Origin: Fimicolochytrium jonesii
Taxonomy: Eukaryota
Length of the DNA: 64,000 nt
Assembly: GCF_025526975.1 (NCBI RefSeq)
Contig: NW_026515681.1
Coordinates: forward strand, 682,001-746,000
Direction: 5' to 3'
A program made the position numbers and the translations under genes. Positions within the stretch are counted from its first letter, which is position 1. Each line of letters starts with the position of its first letter. This document shows, piece after piece, positions 60,148-64,000 of the stretch. The notes under the pieces are model-generated. The model made no database searches. It saw only the letters and a list, made by a program, of their open reading frames with translations, and was not told the origin of the DNA.

Positions 60148-61112
60148 TGCTTGCGAACACAAGAAAAACATGGATAACTCGTGCAATCGTGGATCAGGCG
60201 GGCCTAGCACCGCCCTTCTCCGTCAAGGCGGGCAGGCAGGCAGCAGCCCAGCCAGCAGGCGGTTTGTGTTTCCTGTGTACAGTGTAGTTCCAGTGATGTC
60301 GGAAGCCTCTCTCTCGGTCAAGCTGAACCGTCGTGGAATCCGCTAGGGAAACGCCCCAAAACAAGAATGATGGGATGCATCAAATCGTGCTGAAATGCAG
60401 ACCCAGCCTGAGATGAAAAGGACGGAACAGCTGATAACAACCAATCAAAGCGGCAACAATCAACGGGGTGGCTCGGCTAGCGGCTTGTCTCCCGTGTGCA
60501 TGCGCATGGGACGCAGAAGCCTCTCTATTACCGTTGTGCTGAATCCCGTTCAAAGCTCCAAGACGCGACGATGGAGCTGCGTGTGCACGCAAGGCATTCC
60601 ATCAGAAGCGTTGGATAGACACAAGATCACTGCTGGTTTCCCGCATTTGGAGGGGAAATGGAACGAACGAATGATATGGGGAACAACGCTCCAAACGGAG
60701 GAAACGAATATCCGAAAAGAACTAGACTCGCAGCATTCACTTCCGAATCCGGAACCCCCTCACGCGGGTAAGGGCCGGCGGAAAGCCATCCATCGCATCG
60801 GTGAAAGCGCCAATGCCATTGTAGCCAGCTACACACCCTACTTACAAGAACCCCAAAGAAAAAAGACCAAGTGCAAGAATAGAGGTATATACAACGAACG
60901 ACTTGCACAAACCGAAGGGGTCCAGAAAAAAAAAAGGGCGCAAGTATGAAGTCTTTGAAACGGACCCACCCCAACAAAGGTGGGAAAGAGGAAAAAGGGG
61001 GGTATATACAGTACATTGCCTAAAACCTACGAGAAGTTCTAAACCCTAAAAAAAAGCCAACTCGCAAGGGGAGGGGGGGAAGGGGGGGGGGGGGTGCTCC
61101 CAATCGCCAGTC

Positions 61113-64000
61113 TCACATCCTCCACAGCATCTCGTCCAGGTCCGTGTCCATGAGCGCGACCATGTCCACGTCCTCCACCGCCGCCGATGGGTTCGCGGTC
61201 GCTGTGGAGGATGGTTCGGTATAATTCTGCTGCTGCTGCTGCTGTTGAAGCAGGCCCGCCGCCTGCTGCTGCTGCTGATACGGGCCTTCCAGCTGATGCT
61301 GCTGCTGGTCATGCGCGGCCGGCATCCCCATCGAGATATCCGCCAACCCGTCCTGCTCGTGTCGCTGCATATGCGGCGGGATCATGAACTCGTCCTGCAA
61401 CACCATGCTCGCCTCATGATGATGCGGGGGATGCTGGGCGGTCAGCGGCGACGGTAGTGGGACAGGCACGGGCACGGGCACAGCCGGCGCCGAGTGTCTG
61501 CGGATGTAGTGCAACGGATCCAGCAGTTGCTGCGTGTGCGGGTGGACAAACATGCTCAGATCGACGCCTTGCAGGAGCATGGACGCCGCGACGTCGGTGG
61601 GATTCATGTTGAGTGATAGTGGCAGCTGCGGGTAGTGCGGCCAAATCGGGTTGGTGAGGAGGTTGGATGTGTGGGTATGGTGCGGGTGTTGAGCGTACGC
61701 GGCGGCGGTGGAGAGAGCGAGGGCCTGGTTGTTGTGTGCGGGAGTGGCATTCGCGACGGCTGCTGCTGCGGCGTGTGCTTGGAGGAGAGCGGCGAGGGGG
61801 GTCGCCATGTGCATCAGTGGCGGATTGGAGGCATAGAGCTGTGGGAAGGCCATGGCTGGGAGCGCGGATAACATACTGGTGGGATCGTGTTGCGCGGCGG
61901 CGCTGATGGGTATAGGTGGCGGTATCGGCGTGGGTGCCGGCGCAGACATGGTGGGAAAAAGCATTGCTGCCCAATCTGCGCTGCTTTGGTGATTCGAGGT
62001 TTGGAATACGGCTTCCGGCGACCCCGACATGGGAAAATTGGGAGTCCCCATCGACGGGGATGAGTGGTGCCTTTGGGGTGCCGGCGGCGGCGCTGGCGGC
62101 AGGATCATGGCCGGGGAGGTTGGAGCGGCGATGGCAATCGCCTCGGATGTATCCGCTCCTCTCAGCGCCAGGGCCGGCGACGAAAACGACCGCGACCTGC
62201 TCCGGCTGCGATTGCGCTCATGCGACGGGTCCCGCGATCGTTTCTGCGATTGTGTCGGATGCGGCGACAAAGAGGCAGATGCGTGCTCTACCTCCGTCAT
62301 ACTGGCAACACCCATATCTTGCAATGGCGGTGCGACAGTCACCTCGGGCGCAGCAGCAGCCGGCCGAACCAACTCAACCCCCGCCGCCAAAAACGGCTTC
62401 ACGACCAACAAGGCATCCAGCTGACTCCACGTCTGCTCCAACTGCACCCTTGTCGTATCCTCCCTCACTCCATGCAAACGACTCATACTGTTCAGCCCGT
62501 CGATGCAAGCATGCACGGCAATGACACACAACTTCGAGTACGAGTTTTGGCACGAGTCGGATTCAACCGTGTTGTCCACGTTGACGACGACCCACCGCAC
62601 GTCTTCGAGGACGCCTTCGATAATGGGGAGGAGCATCGGCGATGCCCCGGTGAATGTTTCCTGGTCTTGTGCTTGTAATGGAGGGCAACGTCGTGCGCTG
62701 GAGACTTGCAGGGGTCTGAAGGGATCGGGTGATCGGGTTGGCGTGGGATAGGACGCGAGCTGATGAGTCTCGTCGAGCGGCTGGGTGATCGATTTCGCCG
62801 CAGTCGGCGAGGACGACGGGGACCCGGGCTCAATCAGCAAATCGATGAGAAGCAACGTCGATACCAGGCGAATCGCTCGACTGCTATCTCCGCCGCCCTC
62901 GGCCGCCGAGTTGCGCGCCTCATCAAACGCAAACGAGTCCGATAGCCGCGCGAGCTCGTTGATGAGACTTGCACGTAACGCCGTCACACGCTGCTTCTGC
63001 GGTTCCGTGGGTGGGGCGCGAGGCATCACAGGGTGTTGTTGCGAGTGGAGGCTCGCATCGCTCAGAGTGTGACTCTCGCCCTCCTTTTTCGCAATCTCAG
63101 CGTCAAGCAGGTTGAGTGTATGCACCTGCGCCGCAAACTCGGCAATCTGAATCGCAGCTGCAAACGTCGCGAGCCTTGACCGCTGCAAGCTCACCGCCAC
63201 TTTGTTAACACAGGACTTGTCTTCGTGGCTGGGTATCGAGCCGACGGCGCTGCATCCGGCTGTCCCGTCTTGCAAGATGACCAGTGCGGCGTTCACGGGG
63301 GCGGGTTTCATAGCCCGGAGAAACGAGTCGACTTTTTCGCCAGAGACGATGCGGTAGTGGAGGGAGAGGAGGACACAGGTCCACCAACAGAAGTTGGTGA
63401 TCTCGCGTTCCACGTCGTCTTGGGTGATGGATTGTCTTGTGCCGTGTGTTGACGATGATGGTGGTGGAGGAGACGGGTGTGAGGAGTCGCTCGACGAAGG
63501 GAGGCTTGCCTTCCTCGACGCAGTCCGTAGCCGCCACCGCTGGGCAAGCTTCCAAGTGCACTGCAGCCGCTTGCCCGTTTCGCGCCACTCCAGCACATCC
63601 TTTGGCGTCAACGTAGCCAAGCGATGCAGGATCATGATCAGGTACGCTTGCAGTGTCTCTAGCGCATCCTCGGCAGGATCATGCTTGGGCCGCGCAGCAT
63701 ACGCATCATCAAACGAGCACGCAGCGGCCGTTTCCGCATCGTCACCGCCGTCCATGGCAAAAATGTCTTGGTCTTCCGATCCAGCTTCGCAGTCGCACAT
63801 CCCGATGGACTTGCGGGCAACGTATGCGGCGGTGGTGACTGCGCGGAAGAGCGGACTGTCTCGGGAGATGAAGCCGTCGGATTGGATGAAGAGGGTCTTG
63901 TTGACAAGGTAGGAGAGCGGGTGCGTGATGAAGAAGGTTTCGGTGAGTTGGAGGCCTTCGACGGGTGATAAAGTTTTGGGAGGAGCTTGCGCGGTGGGTG
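61113..64000 (-). CDS. C-terminal part of a probable fungal transcription factor (5' end beyond the window)
   Basis: Open frame to the window edge; FFITHPLSYLVNKTLF and ERE.TNFCWW segments resemble the fungal-TF middle region; Pro/Ala/Gln-rich tail ends in acidic-hydrophobic DVDMVALMDTDLDEMLW. No DNA-binding domain visible. Confidence 0.55.
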   Translation of the reverse strand, partial: PTAQAPPKTLSPVEGLQLTETFFITHPLSYLVNKTLFIQSDGFISRDSPLFRAVTTAAYVARKSIGMCDCEAGSEDQDIFAMDGGDDAETAAACSFDDAYAARPKHDPAEDALETLQAYLIMILHRLATLTPKDVLEWRETGKRLQCTWKLAQRWRLRTASRKASLPSSSDSSHPSPPPPSSSTHGTRQSITQDDVEREITNFCWWTCVLLSLHYRIVSGEKVDSFLRAMKPAPVNAALVILQDGTAGCSAVGSIPSHEDKSCVNKVAVSLQRSRLATFAAAIQIAEFAAQVHTLNLLDAEIAKKEGESHTLSDASLHSQQHPVMPRAPPTEPQKQRVTALRASLINELARLSDSFAFDEARNSAAEGGGDSSRAIRLVSTLLLIDLLIEPGSPSSSPTAAKSITQPLDETHQLASYPTPTRSPDPFRPLQVSSARRCPPLQAQDQETFTGASPMLLPIIEGVLEDVRWVVVNVDNTVESDSCQNSYSKLCVIAVHACIDGLNSMSRLHGVREDTTRVQLEQTWSQLDALLVVKPFLAAGVELVRPAAAAPEVTVAPPLQDMGVASMTEVEHASASLSPHPTQSQKRSRDPSHERNRSRSRSRSFSSPALALRGADTSEAIAIAAPTSPAMILPPAPPPAPQRHHSSPSMGTPNFPMSGSPEAVFQTSNHQSSADWAAMLFPTMSAPAPTPIPPPIPISAAAQHDPTSMLSALPAMAFPQLYASNPPLMHMATPLAALLQAHAAAAAVANATPAHNNQALALSTAAAYAQHPHHTHTSNLLTNPIWPHYPQLPLSLNMNPTDVAASMLLQGVDLSMFVHPHTQQLLDPLHYIRRHSAPAVPVPVPVPLPSPLTAQHPPHHHEASMVLQDEFMIPPHMQRHEQDGLADISMGMPAAHDQQQHQLEGPYQQQQQAAGLLQQQQQQQNYTEPSSTATANPSAAVEDVDMVALMDTDLDEMLWRM

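Overview
Intron-rich, GC-rich eukaryotic DNA, almost certainly fungal. My impression from the CWC25, ABCC and histidine-kinase sequence styles is a zoosporic/chytrid-like host, but this is inference. The left ~13 kb holds ordinary genes: CWC25, a coiled-coil protein and several unknown or low-complexity ORFs. From ~14 kb to the right edge lies a candidate secondary-metabolite cluster of unusual composition. It contains: a PKS-NRPS hybrid (KS-AT-DH-degenerate MT-degenerate ER-KR-ACP-C-A-T-TE); two 7-TM/RTA1-type membrane proteins; a GH3 acyl-acid amido synthetase; a free-standing carrier protein; a catalase-fold protein whose distal His is replaced by Phe; an Sfp/Lys5-type PPTase; a probable transcription factor; and, most strikingly, a gene in which an adenylation domain and a carrier domain are predicted to splice in frame onto a complete ABCC-type transporter (A-T-TMD1-NBD1-TMD2-NBD2). 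The free-standing carrier is a clear paralogue of the carrier in this fusion and shares its intron position. The cluster is interrupted at ~29.3-35 kb by a mosaic of relics: an OPT transporter fragment, a frameshifted viral-type primase/UL9-like helicase, a 643-bp tandem repeat, a split direct/inverted repeat next to a gag-like ORF, and a histidine-kinase fragment. All gene models and splice sites were read by eye; none was checked against a database.
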